A stretch of 27,478 nt of DNA from a virus (Duplodnaviria > Caudoviricetes): the IMG/VR virus record IMGVR_UViG_3300046823_000115, positions 1-27,478 of that record. One strand, given 5' to 3'. A program made the translations under genes and the position numbers. Of this stretch, positions 6,534-16,462 are shown in pieces. Within the stretch, counting starts at the first letter, position 1. Each line of letters opens with the position of its first letter. Under the pieces are notes generated by a model. It was not told the DNA's origin. It ran no database searches and saw only the letters and a program-made list of their open reading frames with translations.

Positions 6534-7649
6534 GTGGCAGATATGGTCTTAACACCGGCTAGGCCGGGACTCACGCCTATACAATGGCAGTCCGATTTTT
6601 GGGTAGAATTTCTAAGAGAAAACCAGTTCACGCCCTACTTCGGCACTACAATGGACGCGATGATCCAATTACAAACGGATCTTACCCGAAAACCAGGTGA
6701 CACTGTAGTGTTCCCTACTGTGCGTAATCTAGTAGGAGCAGGAGTATCTGGGAATACGGTGCTTGAAGGCAACGAAGAAATACTGAATGCCAGATCGCTG
6801 AACGTCGTGGTGTCCGTAATAAGACATGCGGTCGCCGTCAGTGACTGGGACGAACAGAAGTCGGTGATCGACCTGCTGCAAGCTGGCAGGAGCGTCCTGA
6901 AGAACTGGGCCGCGAACAAGCTCCGCACTGACATCATCTCGTCGCTCGGAGCGATCACGGCAGACGGCAACGTGCAACTCACCTACGCCGCCGCCTCCGC
7001 AGCCCAGCGCAACACCTGGCTGGTCAACAACGCCGACCGGGTGCTGTTCGGGATCTCCAAGGCCAACGCGGTCAGCGGTGTATATGCAACCGCATTGGCG
7101 ACGGTCGACAACGCCGCCGACAAGATGACCGCCGCACAGATCACCCTCGCAAAGCGGCTGGCCAGGACCGCAGTGCCGAAAATCCGACCCATCCGAATCA
7201 GCAACGACGAGGAGTGGTACGTGATGTTCGTGCCGAGCCTCGTGTTCCGTGACCTGATGCTCGATCCGGTGATCATCAACGCCCTGCAATACGCCTGGAA
7301 CCGGGGCAGCGACAATCCGTTGTTCACGGCTGGTGATCTGATTTATGACGGGGTCATCATCAGGGAAATCCCCGAGTTGCCGATCCTGCACACCGGCGAT
7401 CCCGGCGGTTCCACGATCGACTGCGGCGCGTCCTACCTCTGCGGCGCACAGGCTCTCGGCATCGCCTGGGCACAGAGGACGAAAGTCATTACGAACACTC
7501 GTGACTATGGCTTCATGAACGGCGTCGGCGTGGAAGAAATCAGGGGCGTTGCGAAATTGCGCTTCGGCACTGATCCAACGGTGGATACGACCAAACCTGT
7601 TGACAACGGCGTCATGACTTTGTGGAGTGCTGCTGTCGCTGATGCTTAA
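6534..7649 (+). CDS. Major capsid protein (N4-gp56/DUF4043-like)
   Basis: DLTRKPGDTV.F, GVSGNTVLEGNEE, RHAV, NPLFT, CGAQALGIAW, DYG motifs; GGAG SD; GTG start. Confidence 0.92.
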   Translation: MADMVLTPARPGLTPIQWQSDFWVEFLRENQFTPYFGTTMDAMIQLQTDLTRKPGDTVVFPTVRNLVGAGVSGNTVLEGNEEILNARSLNVVVSVIRHAVAVSDWDEQKSVIDLLQAGRSVLKNWAANKLRTDIISSLGAITADGNVQLTYAAASAAQRNTWLVNNADRVLFGISKANAVSGVYATALATVDNAADKMTAAQITLAKRLARTAVPKIRPIRISNDEEWYVMFVPSLVFRDLMLDPVIINALQYAWNRGSDNPLFTAGDLIYDGVIIREIPELPILHTGDPGGSTIDCGASYLCGAQALGIAWAQRTKVITNTRDYGFMNGVGVEEIRGVAKLRFGTDPTVDTTKPVDNGVMTLWSAAVADA

Positions 7650-7680
7650 TACCACTAACTAGTATCGGACGACAGTGATC

Positions 7681-7754
7681 TGCTAGACTGAGCGAGACCG
7701 GGAGGTGCTGAAACACCTCTCGGCCTCTGACCACAACTGACGATGGAGCCGTCA
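7681..7754 (+). promoter_or_regulatory. HNH-2 leader: -10-like TGCTAGACT, long hairpin, SD-loop hairpin
   Basis: Stem 7694-7707 / 7714-7727; TGACG 7738-7742 / CGTCA 7750-7754 around ATGGAGC. Confidence 0.6.
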
Positions 7755-7757
7755 ATC

Positions 7758-8435
7758 ATGGCTAAGCCGTATGTCCCATATTCGGGGCCGATCGTCACGC
7801 ACGACGAGGCTGTTGCTCAGGGACTTAGCCGGTTCTTCCCTGGATCGAGATGCAGACGAATGGGGCATCTCAGCGAGCGCTTTACCACCAGCTATAACTG
7901 CATAGCCTGTGCTGCCGTCACTACCGCAGCGTATGCGAAGGCTCATCCCGAGCAGGCTAATGCTAGGCAGAAGCGATATCAGAAGGCACATCCGGAAGTA
8001 GGTTTGGCCTATCGGCAAGCGAACAAGGAAAGGCTCGATTTACAGCGTAAGGCTTGGAAACAAGCCAACCCTGATATGGTGCGTGCTAATGTGCGGAAAT
8101 GGCACGCCTCGCATCCCGAGGTGGTGAAGAACTGGCGCAAGGCCAACCCCGAAGCCTATCGAGCGCAAGTTCAGACGCGACATGCTCGTGAGGCCAGCGC
8201 GGAAGGTAAGCACACAGCGGCCGATCTAAAGGAGCGTCTGAAGCAGCAGAAAGGTCGTTGTGCCTACTGCGGCGTATCCATCAAGACGACATGGACCGTT
8301 GACCACATCATCGCCCTCTCGCAGGGCGGTTCCAACTGGCCGCACAACATCCAGTTGCTCTGTCTGAAGTGCAACACATCAAAGCAAGACGCTGATCCTA
8401 TCGAGTTTGCCAGAAGGCTCGGACGCCTCGTCTGA
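7758..8435 (+). CDS. HNH endonuclease (CxxC...DH...N...CxxCN) with N-terminal Zn motif and helical repeats
   Basis: CAYCG...VDHIIALSQGGSNWPHNIQLLCLKCN; repeats KAHPE, QANPD, KANPE. Start moved to ATG 7758, downstream of GGAG. Confidence 0.92.
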   Translation: MAKPYVPYSGPIVTHDEAVAQGLSRFFPGSRCRRMGHLSERFTTSYNCIACAAVTTAAYAKAHPEQANARQKRYQKAHPEVGLAYRQANKERLDLQRKAWKQANPDMVRANVRKWHASHPEVVKNWRKANPEAYRAQVQTRHAREASAEGKHTAADLKERLKQQKGRCAYCGVSIKTTWTVDHIIALSQGGSNWPHNIQLLCLKCNTSKQDADPIEFARRLGRLV

Positions 8436-8458
8436 GCTTCAACCACAGGAGACATCCA

Positions 8459-9031
8459 ATGGAAGAGCAACACACGCCGCGTCGTGAGCGTCGGCCGCTG
8501 CCCGCCGTGTCGGCGTCCATCACTGCGGCGGCGTCCGAACTCGGTCTCGAGCCGCCCACGCCCGAGCAGATCGCCGCCATCCAGGGCGCCACGGTGGTGC
8601 TGCCGCCGGACAGTGCCGCATCGGCCGGGGCGCGCGGCGTCTACGACAACATCGAGCACAACACGATGCTGCGCGATGCGGGATACGTGGAGCTGGGCGT
8701 TGATCCGGCCGACCCGGGCGCCGAGGTGGAGACGCCCCCAACTGGCGGCAACGGTGGCAACGGCGGGACGGCCACTGCGCCGGTCAACACCGCCGTGCCG
8801 GCGGTCACGCAGAGCGGCGCGACGCTCAACTGCACTCTCGGAGAATGGACCGGCGAGCCGACCAGCTACGCCTACGCCTGGCAGGTGAACGGTGTGGGCG
8901 TCGGCACTGACGCCGCGACCTACGACGTGCAGGCGGCCGACGTTGGCGGCGAAGCGACCTGCACCGTGACGGCGACCAACGCAGCAGGCTCGGCGGCAGC
9001 GCCTCCGTCAGTCGGCGTCGTGGTGGCGTAA
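8459..9031 (+). CDS. Probable virion protein with C-terminal Ig-like domain
   Basis: APVNTAVPAV...TLNCTLGEW...YAYAW...TYDVQAADVG...CTVTATNAAG after a Gly/Asn linker. Confidence 0.75.
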   Translation: MEEQHTPRRERRPLPAVSASITAAASELGLEPPTPEQIAAIQGATVVLPPDSAASAGARGVYDNIEHNTMLRDAGYVELGVDPADPGAEVETPPTGGNGGNGGTATAPVNTAVPAVTQSGATLNCTLGEWTGEPTSYAYAWQVNGVGVGTDAATYDVQAADVGGEATCTVTATNAAGSAAAPPSVGVVVA

Positions 9032-9034
9032 GCT

Positions 9035-9367
9035 ATGCCGGGGGGGCGGAACCAACTGGCGCCTCCACCACTGCTATCCGGCGGCCCGGTCTGGTCGGAT
9101 AGCGGTGGAACGCCGGCGTCCGGCCCGATCCCGAGCGGATCTCCGGGCTGGTCGTTCGGCGACTTCCAGCAGTTGCCGACAACGCCGCCACAGCAGACCT
9201 ACACCGGAGCGATCCCGACGCCGCGAGACGACTACGCGGCCACCAGCGCGGAGGTGCCGCATGACTATTACCAGATGCAGCAACTCATGAACCAGTACGG
9301 GCCGAACAACCCGCAGCTCAACCAACTGCTGCAACTGCTCTATCTCCGGCATCAGGGGCGCACATGA
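9035..9367 (+). CDS. Pro/Gln-rich hypothetical protein
   Basis: Tiles between its neighbours with an ATGA overlap. Confidence 0.6.
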   Translation: MPGGRNQLAPPPLLSGGPVWSDSGGTPASGPIPSGSPGWSFGDFQQLPTTPPQQTYTGAIPTPRDDYAATSAEVPHDYYQMQQLMNQYGPNNPQLNQLLQLLYLRHQGRT

Positions 9368-10008
9368 CAACCTCCATCGGCACCATTGCGCAGAAGGCTC
9401 TCCGGCGCCTTGGCGTGCGGGTCGTCCCGGTTGATGACAGCCCCACGCTGACCGAGATGGTCCCTGTAGCTACGATTGCCACTGCGGCCCTTGTCGAGCT
9501 GGGCGTGATTGCCTCGGACGAAACGCCGATCCCGTCCGACCAGGCGCTGATGCTCGACAAGGTGGCGTCGGTGCATGCGGCGTTGGACGCGCAGGGCGTG
9601 GTGTGGTGGCAGGCTGGCAGCGTGCCGCGCGCGTTCGTCGAGGAATACACCAAGCTCACCGCAGCCTTCGCCGGCTCCAGCTTCGGCAAGGCGATCGACC
9701 CGGCCATAGTGGCGCTGCTCGAGGCGCGCGTCCGCAAGGGTGCCATGGTGTTGTCGGCCGACGACAACGCCCAGCAGGCGGTGCAGGCGGTGCATGACGA
9801 CCTGGTGATGCGCGGCATCGCTCGGTGGACCAGCCTCGATATTCCCGACGCGCTGAGCGATCCATACGCCACGCTTGCGGCCGATGCGCTGGCACCGCTG
9901 TTCGGGGGCGATACCGATCCCAACGACACACGCGACGCCATGGTGGCGATCTATCGCTACGTCGCGCTGCCCTCGTCCGGCGAGACTGTGTCGGTGGCGT
10001 ACTTCTAA
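9364..10008 (+). CDS. Head-tail adaptor (P22 gp4-like)
   Basis: IAQKALRRLGV / ALVELGVIASDETP, A..LAP.FG and terminal YF; post-capsid position. Confidence 0.7.
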   Translation: MTTSIGTIAQKALRRLGVRVVPVDDSPTLTEMVPVATIATAALVELGVIASDETPIPSDQALMLDKVASVHAALDAQGVVWWQAGSVPRAFVEEYTKLTAAFAGSSFGKAIDPAIVALLEARVRKGAMVLSADDNAQQAVQAVHDDLVMRGIARWTSLDIPDALSDPYATLAADALAPLFGGDTDPNDTRDAMVAIYRYVALPSSGETVSVAYF

Positions 10009-10025
10009 ATCCCACGAGGTTCGCG

Positions 10026-11756
10026 ATGGCGTATAAGCTTTCGTACAGTGACTACTCGACCACGTCCGGGCCACCTGATCCGGCGGCGTGGGTTGGGCCA
10101 CCTGGGCCTATGGGACCGCCTGGGCCGCAAGGCATACCTGGACCTATTGCCGAGGGCGGGCCGTTCCTGCCGCTGACCGGCGGCACGGTGTCGGGGAACG
10201 TGACGCTCGGTGCTAACCTATCATTCGCCAATGCACAGTCGTTCCCGTCAGGTGCCACAACCGGCGCGCTGCGATTGTTCTCGGACAACTCGGTGAGTGG
10301 CACAGGAACGACCGGGACTGGCTACCTGCACAGATTTGTCGCTAACAGCGATCAAGCTCAGTTCACTGGCGGCGGCGTCAACGGCATGACGTTCTTCGAC
10401 CTCACACACAATTTCGGCGGGGGCGCCACGCAGGGCTGGCGCACAACGATGGCTATCACTCAGACGCAGATCGCCGCGACCGCCAACAAGGTGGCAGGCG
10501 TCAATCCAATTGGGGTGGCGCTGATCATCAATGACGCGGTGCAGGTCAACGATGGCGGCACCGGCTTGCAACACCCCTCCCATGCCAACGCGACGGCGCT
10601 CCCGTGGAACGCCACGACGGCCGTTGGTATTCAAAGCACGCTCTACAGCGCAGCCAGCTATCAGAGCGGGCAGGCCGGTATGGAAATAGACATCGGTGGC
10701 CACCCCGGTTCATCCGCGCTTTCCAAGAAAGCCCTCATGCTGGTCAAGTGGAGCTATGACAGCTACCAGTCTCCGATCGATGATTGCGCTATTTTCATCG
10801 GTGACCAGGGCGGTGCATCGGTGGGTTGGACCACCGGCATCCGATTTGGTTCTTCCATTGCTCAATGGCCCATAGACATGAATAACGGGGCTATTATGAA
10901 TGCCGTTTATTCGCAGCCTGTGGGGGCAGTTCAGGCGCAGGCACGATATGGCATTGATTTTAGCGATGTCGCTTTCCCAGCATTCGGCACGACGCGGGTA
11001 GCCGGTTTTCTGTCGAGCAACAATTTCGGCGTGGATGGCGTTGGCGCCGTCATGCTTGGATCAACCTATCTCACGCCGACTGGCACCGGCTTATCGGTAG
11101 ACGCGAAGGGATTGATCTCGACGGGCGCCTCGGTCGCGGCTGGCGGCAGCGGTTATTCAGTTGGGGATGTGCTCTACGATCCGTTCGGTGGTATCTACCG
11201 TGTTGCCACGATCACCGGGTCCGCTGTCGCAACCGTAACGCCATACACCGATGTTAATGGTAATCCGCATCGCGCCAACTATCCGGCCAAGACCGCTCCT
11301 GCCAATCCGATAGCGACGACGGCCTGGGATTTCGCCGCGAACATCGCATTCGGTTGCACGCTCAACCTGACGTGGAACACGACCGCGACCATACTTGCGT
11401 TACAAGAGAGTGGCGGATTGACCACCCTCGGGGGCGGACTGATCACCTCTGGTAGTTCGGCGTCGCAGTTTGGCAGCGGTAGCGGCACCATCAACTTGAA
11501 CATCCAGCCGGCGGGCGGTGTCGTGCTGGCCACAGCAACCGGCGGCGGTGCCATAGCGATAGATGGCGGTGGGATCGTGTTTGGCTGGGGTTCTAATCCT
11601 TATGTCAGGTTCAATAGCACAGCCTGCTTTACCGCCAATGGCACCAAGGCGGTGTCGCTGACGGCACTCGCCCCGGCTGCGGCGAGCGCCACGGTGGTGG
11701 AGTGGCTGACCATTCAGGATGCCGCTGGCAACACCCGATATATCCCCTGTTTTTAG
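10026..11756 (+). CDS. Tail fibre with collagen-like N-terminal segment
   Basis: GAGGT SD before ATG 10026; GPPGPMGPPGPQGIPGP; FLPLTGGT fibre motif; ends in TRYIPCF. Confidence 0.8.
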   Translation: MAYKLSYSDYSTTSGPPDPAAWVGPPGPMGPPGPQGIPGPIAEGGPFLPLTGGTVSGNVTLGANLSFANAQSFPSGATTGALRLFSDNSVSGTGTTGTGYLHRFVANSDQAQFTGGGVNGMTFFDLTHNFGGGATQGWRTTMAITQTQIAATANKVAGVNPIGVALIINDAVQVNDGGTGLQHPSHANATALPWNATTAVGIQSTLYSAASYQSGQAGMEIDIGGHPGSSALSKKALMLVKWSYDSYQSPIDDCAIFIGDQGGASVGWTTGIRFGSSIAQWPIDMNNGAIMNAVYSQPVGAVQAQARYGIDFSDVAFPAFGTTRVAGFLSSNNFGVDGVGAVMLGSTYLTPTGTGLSVDAKGLISTGASVAAGGSGYSVGDVLYDPFGGIYRVATITGSAVATVTPYTDVNGNPHRANYPAKTAPANPIATTAWDFAANIAFGCTLNLTWNTTATILALQESGGLTTLGGGLITSGSSASQFGSGSGTINLNIQPAGGVVLATATGGGAIAIDGGGIVFGWGSNPYVRFNSTACFTANGTKAVSLTALAPAAASATVVEWLTIQDAAGNTRYIPCF

Positions 11757-11764
11757 GACCGCGC

Positions 11765-11968
11765 ATGGACATGCAGCAGCCGATCGATCCGAGCAGACCG
11801 ATGACCGTGCAACTCACCGCTTACGATTGGAACATCGTGATGGCGGGACTGAACAGGCTGGAGCACGGCACGGCCCGCCCAGTGTTCGACCGCGTCGGGC
11901 AGCAGTTGCAGCAGCAAAGCGCGCCACGCTACGAGCCAGCTATTCCGGAGGACGCCGACAATGCCTGA
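11765..11968 (+). CDS. Small protein after the fibre, possible chaperone
   Basis: AGGA SD; ATG 11765. Role inferred from position. Confidence 0.6.
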   Translation: MDMQQPIDPSRPMTVQLTAYDWNIVMAGLNRLEHGTARPVFDRVGQQLQQQSAPRYEPAIPEDADNA

Positions 11969-13424
11969 CGGCGTACAGATCCCCGGAGGCCCCTCGTTCG
12001 CTGGCTGGCCGCAGCCGCCGGACGTGCCGTGCGATCCGAGCGGCGACGGCTGGCGCGGACCGCCCGGACCGGCTGGGCCACAGGGCGTTCCAGGAATGGA
12101 CGGCGGCGCGCTATCGGGGCTGGTCAACGTCACGGAGCACGGCGCCGCGGGCGATGGCACGACCAACGATACCGCTGCGATCCAGGCCGTGCTGAATGCC
12201 TACGCGGGCAAGGCGACGGTGTTCGTGCCCGACACCGGCCATCCCTACATGGTCACCTCACTTAGCCTACCGACCGGGACTGATTTGCTCATTCAGGGTC
12301 ACCTGGCGCTGAAGCCAGGCACCAATATTGGCGGTATCGGCCTGCTCGATATACGAAACGCGAATGCTATTATTATCCGAGGCAGCGGTGTGATCGACGG
12401 CAACAACCCTGGGGCGTCAGACCCCTCAACTGCTTCGGCTGGTCTTTCGGCTGATCAGGTCAGCAACCTCAGAGTGTCCGGCGTTACGCTCCGGAATGCC
12501 CACTTCTGGAACGTCAACATCACCCGATCGTCTAATGTCATAGTTTCCGGTGTCACCATGATTGGCGGCCACAACTCAAACGAGTTCGCCAACGGGTGCG
12601 ACGGCTGTTGGTTCATCAACTGCATGTGCGATGCTCCATCCAACGACCTTGGGTTTGGGTTCTACGGCGGCATCACCAATAGCGGCATGATCGGCAACAC
12701 CGTCAGGGGCGGCGCGACCGGGATTTTTGTACTCTCGGACGGAGGGCAGCCCGCGTTGTGCCGCGATCTCATCATCGCCGACAATATCTGCTACAACAAC
12801 TTCTCCTCCGGTATCGACGTAGACAGCGCGGTTGGCGGCACGCACCAGAACGTGGTGATCTCAAACAACCGGGTCTACAACAACAACACAGGCACACCCG
12901 GCGCAAGTGCGGAACTCTGGGTTGGCGCCGTCACCAACGGGCTGGTCAGCGGCAACCTTGTGTCGTCACCAGCAACCAACACAGCGTGGGGCATCGGGAT
13001 CGGCAGCGGTTCCAGCCAGATCAATGTCGTCGGTAATCATATCTGCGACATCGGCAGCAGCACGCGGCCTGGGACCGGGCTTTACGTGCAGGGGGCGACC
13101 TTGGTGCAGGCCAGCGGCAACACCTTCCGCGGGCCAGCCCATATGACGAGTGCTATTGGCGGCACTGCTGGCGTCGGCTGCGCTTTTATCGACACGAATG
13201 GCGGCGCTCCGTCCGTCACCATTACGCCGACCGGTGACACCGTTATCGCGGTCATTGGCAACAGCCAGTTCGGCATCCCGATAGGCACGCTGGTGCTTGG
13301 GGCGGCCCCGGTCATCACGACGCTACCAGCCAACGCTGCGAATGATGCCGCTGCTGCAAGCGCGGGCGTACTGGTCGGCGGCGAATACAGAAACGGCTCC
13401 ATCAAGATGATCCGGGTGGCCTGA
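11961..13424 (+). CDS. Tailspike 1, pectate-lyase-3-like right-handed beta-helix
   Basis: VNVTEHGAAGDGTTNDTAAIQA; repeated I.DN / ISNN beta-helix rungs; short collagen segment. Confidence 0.88.
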   Translation: MPDGVQIPGGPSFAGWPQPPDVPCDPSGDGWRGPPGPAGPQGVPGMDGGALSGLVNVTEHGAAGDGTTNDTAAIQAVLNAYAGKATVFVPDTGHPYMVTSLSLPTGTDLLIQGHLALKPGTNIGGIGLLDIRNANAIIIRGSGVIDGNNPGASDPSTASAGLSADQVSNLRVSGVTLRNAHFWNVNITRSSNVIVSGVTMIGGHNSNEFANGCDGCWFINCMCDAPSNDLGFGFYGGITNSGMIGNTVRGGATGIFVLSDGGQPALCRDLIIADNICYNNFSSGIDVDSAVGGTHQNVVISNNRVYNNNTGTPGASAELWVGAVTNGLVSGNLVSSPATNTAWGIGIGSGSSQINVVGNHICDIGSSTRPGTGLYVQGATLVQASGNTFRGPAHMTSAIGGTAGVGCAFIDTNGGAPSVTITPTGDTVIAVIGNSQFGIPIGTLVLGAAPVITTLPANAANDAAAASAGVLVGGEYRNGSIKMIRVA

Positions 13425-13966
13425 TGCCCAGCTTCGCCATGACGGTGCCCTATATGCGCACCTCGCCCGTGCATATCCCGCGCCGCGACTTGGTGCTCGG
13501 CCGCGCCGACAGCCTGTTCCTGCGCGTTACCGTGGTGGACAGCGACAGCGTCTGCGCGCAGGGCATCGAGCTGAGCGGCGGTATCGGCGGCCCCGTGCTC
13601 CAAATGCTCGTCTGGCCCGATCAGCACGGCCGCTCGTCGTGGGACTACGGCGCCTACTGGCACTGGCCGCAGTGCCCGCAGACGGTGCTCTGGGTTGGCA
13701 CGGGCGTCATCTCCGATGCGCTCGGCGCGTTCGACATCAGCTTCCCAACGGCGACGATGGCGGGCTGGCCGCGGCGCTGCGCCTACGCGCTGCAACTCGA
13801 CTACGACGGCGGCGGTGGCACGGATCTGTTGGCCGAGGGCCGGCTGCATCTCAGGCACTCGGTGCCGCGCTCGACCGGCGCCCCGGTGATCATGCTGACC
13901 GATCCGACACCGCCGGTCCTGACCGACGATGAGAGCGTGATTGTCCTCGAGGGCCGCATTCCATGA
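13424..13966 (+). CDS. Hypothetical tail-associated protein
   Basis: TGATG/ATGA coupled within the fibre cluster. Confidence 0.7.
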   Translation: MPSFAMTVPYMRTSPVHIPRRDLVLGRADSLFLRVTVVDSDSVCAQGIELSGGIGGPVLQMLVWPDQHGRSSWDYGAYWHWPQCPQTVLWVGTGVISDALGAFDISFPTATMAGWPRRCAYALQLDYDGGGGTDLLAEGRLHLRHSVPRSTGAPVIMLTDPTPPVLTDDESVIVLEGRIP

Positions 13967-14751
13967 CCGTCATCACGCCGGTATTGCTGCCCCCAGGAGC
14001 CACGATAGCGCTCAGGACGCCGGTCAGCACCACGACCGGCAGCGATGCGCCGTTCGGCGGCGGTGTTCGGATCGCTGACATGCCCGACCTCGGCGCGGTG
14101 AACGATGCCACTTCGCTGGTGGGTGAGAAGGCAGGGTCCGGGCGGTTCGCTGCCAGCGCGCTGCTGAATTACATCTCAGATGGCCTGCCAGACACCTTGC
14201 AGGGACCTCCAGGGCCTCAAGGGCCGGTTGGGCCATCAGGGGGGCCACCAGGACCAACGGGGCCTACGGGTGCCACAGGACCGGCAGGGCCTGCTGGACC
14301 AACCGGATCAACGGGCACTGCCGGAGCCGATGGAGCGACCGGCGCGACAGGAGCTACCGGGCCAACGGGCGCGACAGGCCCCCAGGGACCGCAGGGCGTT
14401 CCCGGCACGCCAGCCACCTCCCGCAACACTGCACGCCTGCAAGCCCAGTGGGTCACCGGCGCCATCGTTACCAACGACACCGTCTGGCTGGCCTATGACG
14501 CGCCCTATGCCGGCACCATCAACGCGCTGACCTATTTCACCGGCAACGGCAGCTTCAGCGTCGCGATCCAGATCGCCGGCACCAACGTAACGGGGCTGTC
14601 GGCGGTATCCGTAAGCAGTGCGACGCCGGCGACCGCGACAGCCACGGCAGCGAACACGTTCACGGCGGGCCAGCGCATTACCGCTGTCATCACCGCTGCG
14701 ACCGGATCGCCCACCGATGCGCTGCTGTCGCTCGCCGTGACGTGGAGTTAG
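13963..14751 (+). CDS. Collagen-like fibre protein
   Basis: About 22 Gly-X-Y triplets at ~14203-14406; N-terminal [10 protein letters not shown] anchor. Confidence 0.85.
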   Translation: MTVITPVLLPPGATIALRTPVSTTTGSDAPFGGGVRIADMPDLGAVNDATSLVGEKAGSGRFAASALLNYISDGLPDTLQGPPGPQGPVGPSGGPPGPTGPTGATGPAGPAGPTGSTGTAGADGATGATGATGPTGATGPQGPQGVPGTPATSRNTARLQAQWVTGAIVTNDTVWLAYDAPYAGTINALTYFTGNGSFSVAIQIAGTNVTGLSAVSVSSATPATATATAANTFTAGQRITAVITAATGSPTDALLSLAVTWS

Positions 14752-14755
14752 CGGG

Positions 14756-16249
14756 ATGACCTGGAGCTTCGGAGATGGGTTCGACCTCTACGCGACATCG
14801 GCCGATGCCATCAATGGGTATTGGGATAGCGGGACGACGGCTGGCCTTACTCTAGGAACGGGGAGATTCACTGGTTACAGAGCTATAAACATGACGGTCG
14901 GCACTGGCTTCGTTAAATCGTCTGGCACAAATGACGCAGTTCATCACCTTGTTGTCGCATTCGAGCAAACCACCGCTTTGAGCGGTACTGCTAACGTCTC
15001 TTGGCTGGAACTGTTCGACGGCACGACCGCGCAATGCACGATTGTGTTTAAGAGCAACGGCGACATCGCACTGACGTCAGGTGGCCCAACCGGCACGGTG
15101 CTGGACACTTATACCGGCGCGGTAGCCGCCGCCAACACTTGGTACGCATTCGAGTTCGAGGTCGTGATCAACAACTCAACCGGTAGCTGGGCCATTCGCA
15201 AGAATGGCAACACCAGCAATGATCACTCATTAGGAAGCCTTGATACACAGAACAGCGCCAACGCCTACGCTAACAAGTTGCAATTGGGATGTAACTCCAA
15301 CTCGTTCTCGCAATGGCTAGATGACCTGTTCTGGCGCTCTGACGCATCCTCCGTCGCTTGGATGGGCGACATCCGCTGCTACACCCGCATGCCGGCGAGC
15401 GATGCTAGTGTGCAGTTCTCGCGGACACCGACCGGTGTTCTGACGCAGACGGTGCCGACATCGGCCACATCTTCGACCGCAATGACAGGCATCGCAACTT
15501 ATACCCAGATCATTGCCGGCTACAGTGGGACAGTCACGGGCGTCAACGCCTCGGTGACTGCTACCGGCACCTCGGTGAATATGAAATGCACCATCTATGC
15601 CGACAACGGAACTGGAGGAGCACCAGGGGCGATCTTGGCATCTGCTACCGCCCCCTTCACCCCCGTTGTGGTTGGCAGCAACACGTTTACGTTCTCGCCG
15701 GGTGTGACGGTTGTAAAAGGCACGACCTATTGGGTGGGCGTTTGTGCCGATGGCACTGGCACTTATACGACAGCCGCCTCGTCGGCAGCCCAGTATGTGC
15801 GATCGACCACATCGTATGCGGCATTTCCGCAAGCCAGCCCGGTGACTACTACTCCCAGCCTTTCAGCCCAGATCATGTGGACCTACACCGCAACGCCAGC
15901 CAACTGGCAGGCCGTGTCCGAGGCGCAGCAAGACACCACCACCAGCTACGTCTATGACAGCACCCCAGGCGACGCTGACTTCTACGGCGTCAGCATTATT
16001 CCCTCGACCCCTGTCACCACGTTCGCGGTCGTCACGCGCGGCTACATGCAGAAGTCCGACGCTGGCACGCGCACCGCTGCGGTGCAGCTCAAGAGCGGGG
16101 GGACCACGGTCGCTTCGCCCACGCTGGTGCTGACCACATCTGGGTTCCTGTGGGCATGGCGCATGGATCTGACCGACCCTGCAACGGGAACGGCATGGAC
16201 GGCAGCAGCGGTGAATAACGCCCAGATCGGGCCGACAACCGTCGCGTGA
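14756..16249 (+). CDS. Beta-rich virion protein, possible lectin-like receptor-binding protein
   Basis: FGDGFD N-terminus; WYAFEFEV and WLDDLFW ConA/LamG-like pattern; DPATGTAWT C-terminus. Confidence 0.7.
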   Translation: MTWSFGDGFDLYATSADAINGYWDSGTTAGLTLGTGRFTGYRAINMTVGTGFVKSSGTNDAVHHLVVAFEQTTALSGTANVSWLELFDGTTAQCTIVFKSNGDIALTSGGPTGTVLDTYTGAVAAANTWYAFEFEVVINNSTGSWAIRKNGNTSNDHSLGSLDTQNSANAYANKLQLGCNSNSFSQWLDDLFWRSDASSVAWMGDIRCYTRMPASDASVQFSRTPTGVLTQTVPTSATSSTAMTGIATYTQIIAGYSGTVTGVNASVTATGTSVNMKCTIYADNGTGGAPGAILASATAPFTPVVVGSNTFTFSPGVTVVKGTTYWVGVCADGTGTYTTAASSAAQYVRSTTSYAAFPQASPVTTTPSLSAQIMWTYTATPANWQAVSEAQQDTTTSYVYDSTPGDADFYGVSIIPSTPVTTFAVVTRGYMQKSDAGTRTAAVQLKSGGTTVASPTLVLTTSGFLWAWRMDLTDPATGTAWTAAAVNNAQIGPTTVA

Positions 16250-16449
16250 CAGACACAAGAGCAACGCAGGCGTCGGTCGAGCAATGGGCCAAGACCAACC
16301 CCAATCTGCAGACGACTCAAATAGGTTTGGAACACTGGGCAAGTGTCGTTGGCGGCCCCGAGCAGGCCATAGTTACATTGGTTTCTTTAGAGCAGTGGGC
16401 CAGCGTCGCCATCCGGGCCGGCGGCCCCATCGTCACGATGATCGGATAG
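16246..16449 (+). CDS. 67-aa triple-repeat protein
   Basis: TQASVEQWA, TQIGLEHWA, TLVSLEQWA; GTGA overlap. Confidence 0.7.
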   Translation: MTDTRATQASVEQWAKTNPNLQTTQIGLEHWASVVGGPEQAIVTLVSLEQWASVAIRAGGPIVTMIG

Positions 16450-16462
16450 GAGCAACACCGGC

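Noticed and set aside
6729-7655. Long antisense ORFs (also 13082-13858, 19063-19923, 9352-10101, 4659-5297)
   Set aside because: Shadow frames of GC-rich genes with no recognisable motifs.
5765-8435. Group I introns or inteins carrying the HNH genes
   Set aside because: Scaffold and capsid ORFs are uninterrupted; both HNH genes are intergenic.
9825-10025. Upstream extension of the 643-aa fibre ORF
   Set aside because: Overlaps the adaptor gene; the SD supports ATG 10026. The 19834, 2717, 11702 and 26377 starts were shortened for the same reason.
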